Assembly (NCBI GenBank): GCA_012295275.1
Contig: CM022668.1
Span: forward strand, 3,472,001 to 3,536,000
Source: Chrysomallon squamiferum
Taxonomy: Eukaryota; Animalia; Mollusca
Direction of reading: 5' to 3'
Length of the DNA stretch: 64,000 nucleotides
The notes below the pieces were generated by a model. The model ran no database searches, was not told where the DNA came from, and worked only from the letters and a program-made list of their open reading frames with translations. Made by a program: the position numbers and the translations under genes. Of this stretch, positions 1-14,730 are shown piece after piece (position 1 is the stretch's first letter; every line of letters begins with the position of its first letter).

Positions 1-1445
1 TATTTAATTACCTCTGCTACAGAAAGCAGTAACTGGATAATGAGTGGATATTTCACCTGGGTTAATAGACTCTCATTCCAGCCACAGTTATTGTTTTTCT
101 AGCACATCTACATGGTAATTAGACATAAAACATCAGTTCCTAACTACCACAAGTATTGTGCCTTTCCTGGCCAGCCATGCAGAGTTTTATAGTTCTTACT
201 GACATTTTAAAATATGATGTGTAGTGTGTTAAAAATGAATGATGGCAATGTGTGTAAAACAGAATGTGGCTCATTAAAATAGATTGTTTTGAACTATTTT
301 GTTTTCCAGATGAGTTTTCACAAGGCGAAGTGTTTCTTATTGGCGTGTTTTATTATTTACAGTGACTCTGAACTGACATATCACATGCCAAGCAACATAT
401 TTTAATTGTTGAATGTGTTTAATAGTCAGTGATGTTCTCATGTTATTTATTAGGACAAAAGGTGACAAAGTTCAAAGTTTTTTTGTTTTTTTATGTAGAA
501 TGTAATATGACAACAACAACAATAAAAAGATGAATATGACAGAGGAAAAGAAAAATCAGATTAGCTCATGGCAAATAAACTGTTAGCCTTTTTTTTATTA
601 TGTTTTAATTGATGTAGTAAGGTATAAGGTTTATAGATATAGATATAGATAGATAGATGGAGATTCAGACACAGATTATAGACAAAATTTTAAATGTCAA
701 ATATTTATGTTTACATAGCATTATAAAGACTTCAGTTTAGGAAAGTAAGATTTATACCAAACGAGGTAATATAAGAGAAGTACTCAGTGACACCTGACAT
801 ATTGTTACACAGGTAGGTCTAACTGTTGGTGAAAACACTTCAAGTTCAGGTAAAAACACTCAGCAATATTTACTTATACTAGTCTAATCTTAACAACAAG
901 TTTTCAATAGAATCAATATTTCATTTATCACAGCCTTCATCTGTAATTTAATTGGCTAAAAAAAATAAAAGAAACAGGACTGAGAAAGAATTAAACAATT
1001 AGTGGTGTTGGTTTGGTGACACAACAACCACAATGTTGTGTACAAGAACAATAAACTGATTTTAAAATAATAAACCTCTCAACCCCCTTATGTTTTTAAA
1101 TTAACATTTCTCAACTGAATTATAACAAGCAATCCATTTTATCTATCTGCAGTTTGTGTATAAATGAATATAGGAAGAAACAGAATGACAAGGTCATTAC
1201 TGTTATTTATCTACAGTTGCTGACACCTCAGAAAGTCTAAGTTACTGTCAGTGAGTGAATGAAAGCAAAGTCAGTATTCAATACTCCTGCAGTTGTTGAC
1301 TTTCTGTATCTGATAGTATTCTCTTGTAATATGTTGGTTCTTTTATTTTAAAAAGACTCATTGTCAATTATCTGAATGTATAATCAGCATTGTATGAGAT
1401 AAAATGCATCTTCCATTTTATCTCACACCCACATATCCATGCAAA

Positions 1446-1572
1446 ACACACACACACACACACACACCCAACACACACACAACACACACACAAACACCAC
1501 ACACACACACACACACAACACACACACATACACACAACACAGAAACACACACACAACACAACACACACACAC
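1446..1572. repeat. Imperfect (CA)n microsatellite
   Basis: CA dinucleotide run with ACA/CCA interruptions; source of the spurious HTHT/CVCV ORFs. Confidence 0.95.
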
Positions 1573-2274
1573 TCTCACAAAGTCATTTGCCCTAGTATTA
1601 TAGACAGAAATATAGCATTGTGTCAGAGATTTGCTAAACATCAGTTTTTCTGTGAAACGTGGAAGGATCCAAGCAGTAATAAAACTTCTTGACTCTCTTC
1701 ACAGCTCTAATTTAAACAACACACCACAGAGAGAGGTACACTGTCAGTAAAACTAGTACACGTGTGAAGTTTGCTAAGAAAGTATTGTATTTGTTCTCAA
1801 GTCCTGTTTACCTTATAAAAAACTTGGCACAGGCTTGACAGCTTTATATAAACACATTAACAGAGCACATTTGGTTACTCACTAAATTTTTCTTTTTCAT
1901 AATGTAAACAAAAACAAAATTATTCCTAACCTAGTCAGATAGTAAACAATACAATATATATTTTTTAATCTATATATATTTTTATTTCAAATAAATGTGG
2001 TTTGATTAATGTAAAAACATTTTATGTCTTGTTTACATGTATAATAATTACATGTATTAAACAGAACATATTAGAGGAAAAAAAAAAATGTGGTCTTCCT
2101 TTTCATAAATATTATTGTTGTTAATTTATATTATAAAAAACAATCTAGATTAACATTACTAAATACAATTTTTATCAATTTATATTTTATTTTTTATTCA
2201 AAGTAGTTATTGTATTGTTATTTATATTAAAACAAATTTATACTTCACTAGCTATTTATATATACACACACACA

Positions 2275-2980
2275 CAGTGGTACCTTGACTTAAGATTTTA
2301 ATTTGTTCTGTGACTGAGCTTGTATCTCAGTTTGCTTGTATATCAAATCAATTTTCCCAACTGAAATTAACTGAAATATCATTAATCTGTTCCAGCCATC
2401 CAAAACAGTCCCATGTTTTTTTTTTTTTTTTTTTTTTGAATAGTAAAAATGTATTTATAAATGACAAAATAAAATATATAAAGAAATAAATTAGTTTTGA
2501 TAAGTGTATTTATCTCGGAGATCAGACAAATTATTTTAACACCTTTGGTTGGAGTTACAGCCTTTATCAACTCCTTCAGCTACAGTATGGTACATATCAT
2601 AAAAGTACTACGCTCATACTGACTAGCCAAGTCAACTACATGCACACCTCGCTCATATTTTTCTGTGAATTCAAGCTTTATTTCAATGGACATCATGCAC
2701 TTCTTCTTCTCAGCACTTCCTTTACACTCTCTTTCTTAGGATCCATGGTCAGAAAAAAGAAATTTGGCAAAATACTGCAGAAAACATGAGCACAACACAC
2801 AGGGAGGCTTCCATGATGAGGTAACCATGTAAACGAGTGAGACATGGGATGCTGGCTGGATTTATGTTGTTTGAACTCACTCGTCACTTGGATTTTGGCT
2901 CACAACTCAAAGCAAAATATCGACCGAGTTACTGCTCATAACTCAAAAAACTTGTAATTTGGTAAGTCAAGGTACCACTG
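2275..2980 (-). mobile_element. Internally deleted Tigger/pogo (Tc1-mariner superfamily) DNA transposon
   Basis: Perfect 18-bp TIRs: CAGTGGTACCTTGACTTA at 2275-2292 and TAAGTCAAGGTACCACTG at 2963-2980. Both immediate flanks are CA within CA/TA-repeat context; TA is expected for this family. Contains a transposase N-terminal remnant on the minus strand. Confidence 0.9.
2530..2746 (-). pseudogene. Tigger/pogo transposase N-terminal (CENP-B-type HTH) remnant
   Basis: Manual translation from ATG 2746 with one frameshift and one stop: MDPKKESVK/SAEKKKCMMSIEIKLEFTEKYERGVHVVDLASQYERSTFMICTIL*LKELIKAVTPTKGVKII. This fits the HTH_psq/CENP-B N-terminal pattern of Tigger transposases. Confidence 0.85.
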
Positions 2981-5900
2981 CATATATATATATATATATA
3001 TATTTTTTTTTCACAAGATAAACTTATTTTCTTCATTTTCTTCTCTTATAAAATATTTATCTTCAAAGCTTCTGTTTTGTTCATTGTAGTATTATATGAC
3101 TGCTGCTGAATTTTGTGGCAAATCGTGGTTTGTTGACCTCCCCACCCTGCAGACGTTTCTATTTTTATACTTAAACAACAGCCTCACCTGCAGTGACCAC
3201 AACAGGTTAATGAACAGATAGGTCAAGTGATCATAGATATTCTGACATACCTGTATTGTCTGCTAACCATAGCTGACACAGGTAGATTGTTACCTGTCCA
3301 GGTGTGCAGGTATCAGTGAATAATGCTAGTACAATGCACAGTCTTGTAGTTCTGGCATGGCCAGTCACCTGGATACAAATAACATGAATTGTTGTTTTGC
3401 AACTTGGCAAAAATAATGAAAGAAAGAAATGAATAATAAAAAGAAAGAGGAAAAGAAAGAAAATTTTATGAAAAGAAAACTCTAAACTATGAACCAGTAT
3501 GAACTTTCTTGTTATGGCTGAGAAAAAATTGAATGAAAAAAAAAATTAAAGATTAAAGGATTGAAAGACGGGTAGAAAATGGATATTTGGATAGACAGAG
3601 TAGATGAATTAAAGGATGGATGGAAAAATGGGAGGATGGTTAATAACTGCCATTGTTACCCTCATAAAATGGTCAAATACACTGCAGTCTTGAACCTGAT
3701 TTTAAAAACAAACTAAAGAGAGTACAAGCAGCAGACTGAATGGACTAGTGAATCAAGAATCATGTACAGCTCCCACTCTCAGTCAACTGCATATATCAGT
3801 ATGACGTTTCAGCCAGCAGAAGTAAAGCTTATCTGAAATAATGTAGAGATTTGGTATGTCTCTTGTATAAAGGTTCTGCCATGTGTTCCTCACTCAGACA
3901 GCTGGGGCTGTGTGTGGTGATAATATCACTACAGTATTATTAAAACACTAAAAACTAATATTTAATATTCCATCTTTCAATTAAATGTGTTATCAGTTTA
4001 ATTATGAAACAATATTTTTTTTAAACACAATGCCAAAATGTGAAATATATTTTCTTAAATAGACAAAATAATTAATGTGAGTGGAGAAATGTAGTCATAA
4101 AAGCTGGTGAAATAATAAAAGCAATTAAAAAAAAAAGGACTCTGTGCAACATCTGGTAATGTCAGGTAAATGAAAACATATTCTAACAAGTTTCAGGATT
4201 GATGTGCATGGCATACAAATGTCTGTAAAAGCAGTTAATAAAAACAAAAGTTAAATTATTTTAATTTAGTTTTAACAAGAGTCAAATTCGAAACATCACA
4301 CACATCAAGTAACTTGCAAAATAGCAAGCGTGTCAAACTCTCTTTCATTGCTGACCAAGCAAGGAGCACTGAAGCAGAAGATAACCTGCAGGGTTATCAG
4401 CCCTTGTCTGAACCCTTCTGTTAAAAACATCCTCCAGGTGGAGTGACACAAATGATGAAACCAAGTGTTATCAATCTGATATCATGTATAGAGAGCTACT
4501 ATCTGGAAAACTGGCAAACAGTACTGTGTTGTGATTAGAACAGTGCATGTTTGTGTCTATCTAGGTTACAGAACTCTTTTGTACAGGTACATGCATACAC
4601 TGTAGAGGTGCAAGTGGAAAGAAAGAGGAGGATGACAAAAAATGAGTTTATAAAGCTATCTGGAAGTGTCTGTATTTCTATTGCTAAGATGTTTGGTTTC
4701 AAATCTTTATTAGCAGTATCTTTATCGTGTAAGCACAGATGCACATATCACAGTCTGTGTTATTATGGTGTTGTGTACAAAGTTGTAAAGCTGACTCTGA
4801 GGTCTTATATATGCATTTTTAATTGTGTCACTCTGAACTGCTCATAAAGTAGTAAAGTCTAGTATCAACAAACTACAACAGTGGACATCTTATCAGTGAC
4901 CAGCCCTTGACCTGTATGTCCACTGTCCTTACCACCTGGGCTATCACAGACATACAGCCTTACATACAGTCACACACACACACACACACACACACATTTA
5001 CTGAACATTCACAGACAGAAAGAAAAAAAACCTGTTTGAAAAGAGCTAATATTTAGCTAGAGAAATGTTCTTTGACAAATACACAAATGAATATAATTCA
5101 GATTCATCTAAGAGGAGAAATGATTTTCAGAGAACAAATGTGTGAACAGTGACTGCAGAAAGGCTGTTTGGTTTTAGAAACACTATCTTCCTAACAACTA
5201 ACAGCAGTGATATTGTTATTCAAATAAGACTGATTTGTCTGTTATTCCATCAACAGCGTAAATTGTATATGAAAATGATTTCTTCTATTATAAGCCCAAT
5301 TATCCATACAAATTCTCATATACTGGAATGCCCGCTATAGTAATAACTTTCAAGTATAAAATACATGCTGTATTAAATGATCTGATATCTAACATGCAGT
5401 TATACATTAACAACATTTCTTTTTAAAATCTATTTGCTTAGTGATTTTTTTGTTGAAATAAAGAGCCTGTATAATCTATGAAAGACTAAACAAGACGTCC
5501 CTCCCCTTATTTATGGCAACACCTACATAAAGTGGGCAAAAGAAGGAGCTGAACAAAAAACTGTTTGAAACTAATAAAATGACTGAACATTCTACTGGTG
5601 ACAACTATTTAAAGAATTCAACAGACCATAGAACAGGTTACATTCAAGATATTATCTGAGTTAGTGGTCCAGAAACAACAGATGAAAAGTTTAAGTTCAA
5701 ATAACCACTAACACGCTATATTACAAAGCAGTTTTCAAGTAATCCTTTGCAATATATTAAAAATTATAGAAATTTAAACCAATTTAATATTATTTTAGTT
5801 TTGTTTGAATTGTGATAGTAACAGAATTTTATACTGAATAAATGATATAGTTGTAAACAAAGTTCTAAAACCTTTTATCATGGTATTTTTTACATGTATT

Positions 5901-6997
5901 TCTCAAAGGTCAAACAGAAAGTCAGATCTGTGAGTTGTGTAACAGTTCAAACCTCTGTGTTATTAGCATGTGTCTTCAAAGTTTGAAAGTTTTGTTATCC
6001 ACAGACGTGATTCTGATTGCAAACAGTGAAATCAGCTGATTCTGGTTTCACATCAATGTTTAGAGAAGAAAATGTCCACAGAAGAACTGGTTCAAATTAG
6101 TTCTCTCCAAACATTTCATGTTTAGCTACAACACCGCTCACAACAACACAGCCCAACATTTACCAGCTGCTTTAATAGTAATCATTAATGAAATATACTT
6201 TTACACATAAAAATAATAAAAATAATAAAATAATACATAAAAGTATAGCACTATTGTAAAATAGTCCAGTGCAGCATAGTTGTATTCTAATAGTATTAGT
6301 ACTGTATTATATGCTAGTATAAAACAATAATAAAAAAACAAGAAAAAACAAGAAGAAATTAAAAGGTGCTAAAAATGTTGGGTTTTTTGTTTTTTTTTAA
6401 TGTTTTTTTAATGGGTTTTTTGAAGTTGAGGTCAAGATCTAATCTCACTTCATCTGGATCAAGCTTCCTTCATGCTGCTTGAGTTAGATCTAAGAGTACT
6501 CTCTGTACTTGTTGCACCTGCAGTTCTATAACATATACCAAGTGGGGGGCTGGTGGATACTGGTGGGGGACAGAACACAAAGGTTAAATATTTAGTTACT
6601 CCATTGAGGCAACATCCTCAAAGTGATACAAAGATCAGTTTGTTTTGTTTAGTAAATCTTGTTATTACTGGGTTATGTTACTATGTATATTTGTGAATTT
6701 GTCCAAATATCACAGTTACTGGTTATAGTATTACAAACTAAGGTAATTAACTAATGTTATTATGTTTGTAGTGGCTATTGTTGTGGTAATTTTAATAGTA
6801 GAAGCAGCTGTTGTGTTAGTTGTAGCAAATAATTCTTTGTTTATAATTAGATGAAATAATGTTTTTAAGAGGGGCATCTTTTATAAATCTGTTTTAAAAA
6901 AGAATAAAAATAAATTGAAAAACGTTTTCTAAATTAGGTATAAATTTGTCTCTCTTACACCTGAGAGTGGACAGTGCTAGCAAATTAGTCATCAGGA

Positions 6998-7062
6998 ACA
7001 GTGCAGTGAATCAAAGACAGTGCTGTGAATCAAAGACAGTGCTGTGAATCAAAGACAGTGCT
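6998..7062. repeat. 19-bp tandem repeat, ~3.4 copies (ACAGTGCTGTGAATCAAAG)
   Basis: Units at 6998, 7017 and 7036, with a partial unit at 7055. Confidence 0.9.
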
Positions 7063-8507
7063 CTTCTGTAAATGACAACACAACAGAGGCAACTCGAGCA
7101 GTGTTTGTTTGACTGCTGTCAACATTCACCATCCTGGCACAAGTTTAACAAGGGAAGTCTGACAATAGAAACACATTTCTCAATAAAAAAAAAAATGTGA
7201 TTGAAAAATATTCAGGAAATATTATCTGGGAAAATAACTTCAACTCCCATCTTCCTGTCTACCGGTCCAATAATAGCTGGTTTTAATTATAATCCACTTG
7301 ATGTTAATGATGACACATTCAGTATTTATTAACTTTCAAAATATTATTATTCAGTAACAGATTATTGATTTTAATATTGGTCCATTTTTGTTATAAACAA
7401 AGAGCAATTTATGCTCAAAATTTTAATAAAAAAATAATTTAGTAAATTTTATACAACTGTACTTGTTCTAAACACAAAAACAGAAAACAGGATTTAAGTC
7501 AAGGTTATCTCTTACTTGAAAAAAAAAAAAAACAAAGGTAAACTTCAAAACATTTTATAGTTAATTTATGAAAAAGCAGATATTTTTTTTTATTATTAGT
7601 TTTTTCTTTACAACTGATATCAGTTGTAAAGAATGCTGAATAGCTGAGGTTAAACTGTGGACTGGCAAGATTGCTCAGAGCTTGTTGTTGGACACTATGA
7701 AAGACATGATTTGTATTGTGGCTCAGTTGGAGATGAATTTAGAACCAGTCTTCGTGGAGTGATCATGGGATTCTCACTATTCACTTGGATGGTTTTGTCA
7801 TGTTTTGTCACGGTCCAGTGGGTTCCAGGACAGCTCTGTGGTGCCTAGTATACCCAATTATACCAGGCATTGTGTGCTCACAGCACTCACAGATCTTTTG
7901 TGCTCACTTTTCAAGTAAAGTAATTCAAGAGAACTACCTGCTCCTTGTGTCCTTAATATTCAGTTTCTTCTCCATGGGTAACTTGAACCTACTTCAATTC
8001 AAACTACTTTTTTCTCATTCCTTCCTTCCTTCTTTCCTTCTGTATTCCTTCTGTATTTTTTCTCTCTACACTCTTCCCTGATAATTCATTAGTTACAACA
8101 AGTTCATTTAATACTTCACATCACTAATACTTTGTTAACCTCATAGCAGTAGTAGTGTGTTGTAAAATATATCAAACAAGACTAGAATACTTGGAGTAGC
8201 CTACATTATGATGATGTACACTATCTGGTGAAGAAGGTGAAACCTAAAATTAGTCCCTTGAAAAGATAAGCAGTAAAACATAAACAGATGTGTCACTGTA
8301 AACAAGTACTAGTAAAATGACAGTAAGCTGTGTAATACAGTAGTTTATAGTATACACTGACAGTTACTGTGAGTCACGATAGAGTCACTGTCTGTTTCTC
8401 CATCTTGGAATGTGTTGTGTGTGCTATTTAGGATATACGTTTTACAGTTTTTGTTTTCATATACAGTTTGTTGAATATTATAATAGAAACAATCATACAC
8501 ACATGCG

Positions 8508-8550
<43 letters not shown>
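8508..8550. repeat. (CA)n microsatellite
   Basis: Direct reading. Confidence 0.95.
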
Positions 8551-8553
<3 letters not shown>

Positions 8554-8869
8554 TGCACTTTTAAATATATCTAAGCAAGTGTCGAATTGCTTCTGGCTGG
8601 TACTGCATACCACACAAAAAGTCAAACTTCAGTCAAACTTTCCCACAGTTTTATTTTTACTTGTCTGCATGTATTTCTGTGTGTCTGATTCAGACAGACA
8701 TGCCAGCCTGACCTTTACTATTCTGATCTGGCTGTTTCTCGTGTGACCTTTCCTGACACCTGGATAATTACCTGTACACTTCATCTTATTTACACTGTAC
8801 TTTGTCATCCAGTAACAATACATACAGCCAGAAATAACGATACTGACAGAACAAATACATCAAAATAAG

Positions 8870-8902
<33 letters not shown>

Positions 8903-10914
8903 TTTCATAATAATCCACACACTCATGGACACACTAAAACACATTAACAGTTACTAATATAATCTGTTATAAAAGAAACATAACTAAACTATTTTAAAAT
9001 TATACATGGTATGTGCTATCTATAAAATTTCTTCTTTTTTTAATTTGAATACTGTACCTTTAACAGGTAGCTATTTATAAAAAAAAAATTGAAAACAAAT
9101 TGAACATTACGCTATTTTTCTTAACAAATTTATTTAAATCTCTTTAACTTCAAGAAATAATTATTTTATTAATAAAAAATACAGTTTTAACTACTCAATA
9201 CTAATACTCCTTTTCACATTTTTTTACAAGCATTCTTCTGTTCATTTCCTTAATTCTTTCATGTTGAAACATTTTTAAAATTAAAAAGAAGTCATTACAT
9301 TTTTATTTTGATGAAGGTGCTAATGAAGAAAAGCTTGACACATAAGATGAGAAATAACATCTACATGCACACTGTAACCATTCTTGTTGAAAAACACCAT
9401 CAAGTTCTTTTTCTCTTAATTCATTTTGCCATGGCCAGGAGGACCCTTGCGGAGGCTTACACTTTAATTATAGCCAGGAGACTGAGTCTTAGCTGGCTCA
9501 GTTATACCACTCTTGTGTCTATTGTAAACTGGCTTTCTCACTATGGGCAAAGAATCTGTGCAATGAGGCCCGTTTAAGGTTTGAAAAAATTACTGGAAAT
9601 AAAGACAATTATTTTGAAATTAGGTATACAGAATGTCAACAAATGGGAACTTGTCTTAAATTTGGTTGTTTTTTTCATTCTCGAAACCAGTGATCCCAGT
9701 TCAAACCTTCTCAGCAACAGTGAATAAATCATGTAAGTTTAGAAATATCACGCCATATATCCGTTATCCAAGTTAAAAGAAATTATAAAAAAAAATATAT
9801 ATACATGGTAGCATATACCACAAAAGTAGTTAAAACATTTATATAAATAATGAAAGGAATTAAATGGGTTTTTTTATTTCTAAATAACTCAGGTTTAGTA
9901 TATTATTAATAACGTGACCTTTACAGGGCCTCTCTATTTGATTTATCAAGGTCCCTTTGGAAAAGTTTCTACTTTGCCATGGATGATAATTTACATATTA
10001 AATAAAAAGGAAAAAAAAAAAAAAGTCTTATTGTAAGATGAACACAAAGAGTAGCCACAGATTAGCCCTTCCCTTCTTTCCTAGCATGACATAGTGTTTC
10101 TTAACACAAGTAAATAAACAACATGTGACACTGAAATATCAGGCAGCAGGGACCCCCAACCATCATCCTCACAAGTGATGTTTTGCTACATAAGTGAGAT
10201 TCCAGGACATGATAAAATCATATGACTGACATATTACTGTTGTTTTGTGTTTCCCGGTTTTATGCCACACTAAGTATTTTCATTATTCATGTATCAGAGG
10301 GGGAAAAAAAAGAATGGATAAAAGAAATATAAATGAAATATGTTAACAAAAATTGTGCAAAACATTCAAATAAATTTTATTTGATTACTTTTTGTTTTTT
10401 GAATTTCTTCCTAAAAAACATTAAAAAAAAAAAAATAGTTAAGAAATGAAAACAGAAACTTGTAAAAGAAGAAGGATGTCACAAAATAATGAACTTGTGA
10501 AATGAGGGCACACATTATTAAATACTAGTATTTTTTATAACAGATTGGTCTGACTGCACAAGACTGCCGAATGACCCAGAGATGACCTGAACAAGAGTGA
10601 CACACAGACCAATGTCCACATAAAACCAGATGATATGGCTACAACAACTGTGAATCAACACAATAACTTGGTTACCATGGTATCAAATCTGCAATAAGTA
10701 TTAAAACATGTATGTTGAAACAGATATAGAAAGGTTATGGCCAGACCAGTCTGCAGTAAAACCATGAATTATAAACAATGGCAAACCTGTTGTTCTGTGT
10801 ACCTCGGTAATTAATTACACAGGGCTTTTTATGGTCAAAGTGATGAACCCCACTGCCCAGTTGGATAGATGTTTGTTGTTTAAAAATCAGTTGAACAGTT
10901 TGTGGATGGTAACA

Positions 10915-11267
<353 letters not shown>

Positions 11268-12899
11268 CTAAAAGTACTAGCAGTAGTTTATTATCACTAC
11301 TTTCTTATCTTTCTCTTTTATATATATCATCCTGTACATGTGGCTGAATTCCTGTATAATATATGATATATTAAACACACACTTATATCAAGCAGTCATT
11401 TCCTGTTTCTTAGCATTTAATTTATTAGTTAAGTACTTCCTTCCACATTGATTTTGTTACATACATTATGTCAAGTAACAGAGTATCTTAAAAATAATGG
11501 TTTGTTATTATTTCACACCACATACACATCCTATCTGATTCTCTCACTGCCTCCAAAAACATCTCACATAAAGTCCAATGGTCAGTTAATATTAATACTA
11601 AGTGGCACTGCTGGTTATCTGACCATTGGCAATTTAAAATTCATACAATTATAACTTTGGCAATTTAACACTAATCAGTCGACAGCTACTGTTAATTACA
11701 GGATGAGTTTAATCATTTACACCGGTATCTGAACCACTTCGGTCCAGTCAGGGTTTATCTGGGATGTAAGTCTATCCATCAGTTTTGAGAACCACTGACT
11801 TACAACTGCTCACAAACACAACATGTGCTGTTTTAATGGCCACTTCAGCATCTGTCGTTACCAGACAGATTCAACAGGGTACTAATTAACTAACAAGTCA
11901 CAGTTCTGCAGGAACTTCTGGTGTGTTAAAAATAATTAATATCAAATGAAAGGGGAGGGGGTCTGGTTTCACAATTCAAGTATAATCAGATTAAGTAAGT
12001 TAACACAATGCAATGAGACCTGTCTGCACTTTATGAACTGATATTGTAAATATATAAGTACAAGTCTCAGTAAAAGGTGAAGACATTCCTGGGATGAAAT
12101 GAAGATGCCAGGTGCACTGTAGTATACAAAAACACAAATAAATAAATAAATAAATAACCCTTAAGGTTGAAAATGTTTTTCTCAAAATGTGACAATAAAA
12201 TATGATTAATGAATATTTAATGATAAGATGGTAATGATAATGATAAAATGAACAAAAATAATTTTTAAAAGTTTCTTTTTTCATTAAATTCAGAAATGTA
12301 TAAAATACAGATGTATATTATTATAAAGAAGTATATATATATATATAGCTAAATATTATGTAATCTTTGATGTAATGCATTTAGAAAGTTAAACAGGTTA
12401 CAATCATTTCTTCTGTCAGTGTGACTTCATGCGTTTGCCTTCCTGCAGGTCAGATTAAATTGACTAAATGGAAAGAGGAATTGTAAAGCTGAATTGTGAC
12501 ACAATAACCACACTACACCTATTTTAAGTAATCAATATTCATTGGCTGTGGCAAACTAACTGTGCACATGTCTGAGTTAATTAAAAACAACTGAAAGAAA
12601 ATTAAATATATATATATGAAATAAATAAAAATAAAAAGAGAAATCAACAGTAAATGAAAAATATATATATTTTTTAAAATATTGATGGAAAATAAAGCAA
12701 TAAAAATTATGAATAATTTATATAATTAATTAATTAAACATTGTATTTACTTATTTATAATTGTTCAGTGAAACACTGTCCACTCATTTCCAACTATCAT
12801 CCACCGACTGACTAAATTCTAACTAAATAACAAAAAGCAAAACAAAAAAAAAGAAAGAAGAAGAAATAAACAGATATTAAAGTACTCAAAGATTAGCTT

Positions 12900-13290
12900 G
12901 TAATGGAGACCAACTGAAAAATCAACACATTGCCAATTAAATGTTTAAATAATGTTTCCAATACAAAGAGACCTATTGATTTTGCAATGATGAACCAGTC
13001 ATAAAAACAAAGAGGACCATGTCTTGGACATATTGCACAAAAACCACCAGTTTAAACTAACAACATCGTCCTTTGAGAGCAGAGATTTAAAAACTAGATG
13101 AGAAGGCAGTGAGGCCTAAAGGCAGTTTGGAATCTGTAAACCCCTAGGGTTTTCTTCATCAATAAAGGCCAAAAGTACTTGAGGCTGGAAACAATGGGAG
13201 ACATTTAACTTATTCATAAATAAAACAGCCAGCCAGAGATATGGCTAGATGAAAGAAAGAATGCTGTGTTCAGTGCTACAGACACTGTTT
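12900..13290 (+). mobile_element. Highly decayed 3' fragment of an RTE-clade non-LTR retrotransposon
   Basis: Broken translation gives ...NNVSN...CLGHIAQKP...RDMAR..., resembling the RTE ORF2 C-terminal pattern (W.GH..R.P ... A.DR..W). Many stops and indels. Confidence 0.4.
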
Positions 13291-14469
13291 GTAATGTTTA
13301 TCACTTTATGTAATGATAATAACACATAACAGCACACGTGTATATAGTATGTACATATCTGCTTTTAATTTATTAACATTAAATAAGATATCTGTAACTA
13401 TACACTCTTACTATTCACTAAATACATAGAAAGTTGATAAACTAATTAAAGGACATGTTTGAGGTTTACTGTTTCCCTTGTGCTTCAAATTTAAGAAATC
13501 ACTGAAATATTAAAAACAAGATTATCTGTGAAACAACCGCATTAACTAAAATTTGAAACCCTTCTTCCTAAAAAAAGATGTATAAACAAAAGCAGTAAAC
13601 ATGTATGAGTTAATATAATAAAGTATCTGTTAATGTAATTAAATGTACACAAAATGAGCTGTGAGGTAAGAAGCTGTGCAGCATCCAGGGAACATGGTGT
13701 GTATCAGTATTTACATCTCAGTGAGATGAAACAAACAGTGTATTTCAGACATTACGTGGAAACACATGATGTTTGGTTTATGAGGGAAAAAATATAGTTA
13801 GATTGAGTTTCTTTAGAACAATGTCGAGCCATTAATAATTATGAATGATTAACTAAAAATCATTTTATTGACATAAAATAAAATAAAACTTCATGTGTAA
13901 GCAAAGGATTTTTATAAAATGTGTTAGCTTAAATCAAGGAGCTATTTTTGCAGTAGTAGAACAAAAACTGTCTTATTAAAAGTGCTGAAACTTATAAACT
14001 AATAGAATAATTGTTAATCTCTGTCGTAGTGGTTATCATGTCTGCTGCAGTGACTGCAGTATCTTCTGGAAATAACTGCAGCTTCAACATCTAAATTAGA
14101 AGCCAGTTGCCACTACTACACATTGCTATAATACAAAAGTACAATTTTGGTCAAGAGTTATATATTTTTCATTGAGACAGAGTACTTGTATACAAAGTAC
14201 CATACAAAGTAGTAAAATGTGTTGTAAACAGGAAACAGAGTATACAAAGTATTTCAGTGAATGCAAAGTATTGGTCTATTTGACATCTGTCCATTAGGTC
14301 TGACCTGGAGGTCATGAACTTTTCATTTCTTTGGCACCTTGGCACTGACGTCCTTCAAAGAATGCGAAACCATTTTGCACCTGAATCATCATCACACAGC
14401 ACACAGCATACAAGAAAGGAAGTGTCTCATTTTATATTAAACAGATTATTTGCTTCTACAGCCATATTT

Positions 14470-14730
14470 ATATATGGTTGAAAATTATAGAAATAATGAG
14501 AGGAAACTCAAGCTGTCACAGGACTGACTGTTATTTTTCAGTTAACAGCAAGCTATCTTTTAGTATTTGCACCTTAAAATAGTTATAATAACAGAAAAGA
14601 CTGCACATGACCTTTGATAAACCAGAAATAGGACAGTGGGCAGAAAACAGTGTGAATGAAGGGGTTTTTATCCAGTGACCTATTGTATTCAAAATCTGCA
14701 CACACTAATGTCTGATTTACAGCTCTCTAT
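14470..14730 (-). mobile_element. Decayed copy of a dispersed SINE-like repeat family
   Basis: Shares ordered blocks with other copies in the window: TGAGAGGAAAC (14497, also 33741), CAGCAAG-TATCTTTTA (also ~55245 and ~41990), GCACAT...CCTTTGATAAACCAG. Strand is inferred from recalled SINE architecture. Confidence 0.5.

Noticed and set aside
925-950. TATCACAGCC resembling a miR-2 family 5' end
   Set aside because: The match is limited to 10 nt and no complementary arm is evident nearby.
6449-6517. Candidate minus-strand exon (TGCAG...GTGAGA) for the signal-peptide gene
   Set aside because: Stop codons in all three frames and a weak polypyrimidine tract.
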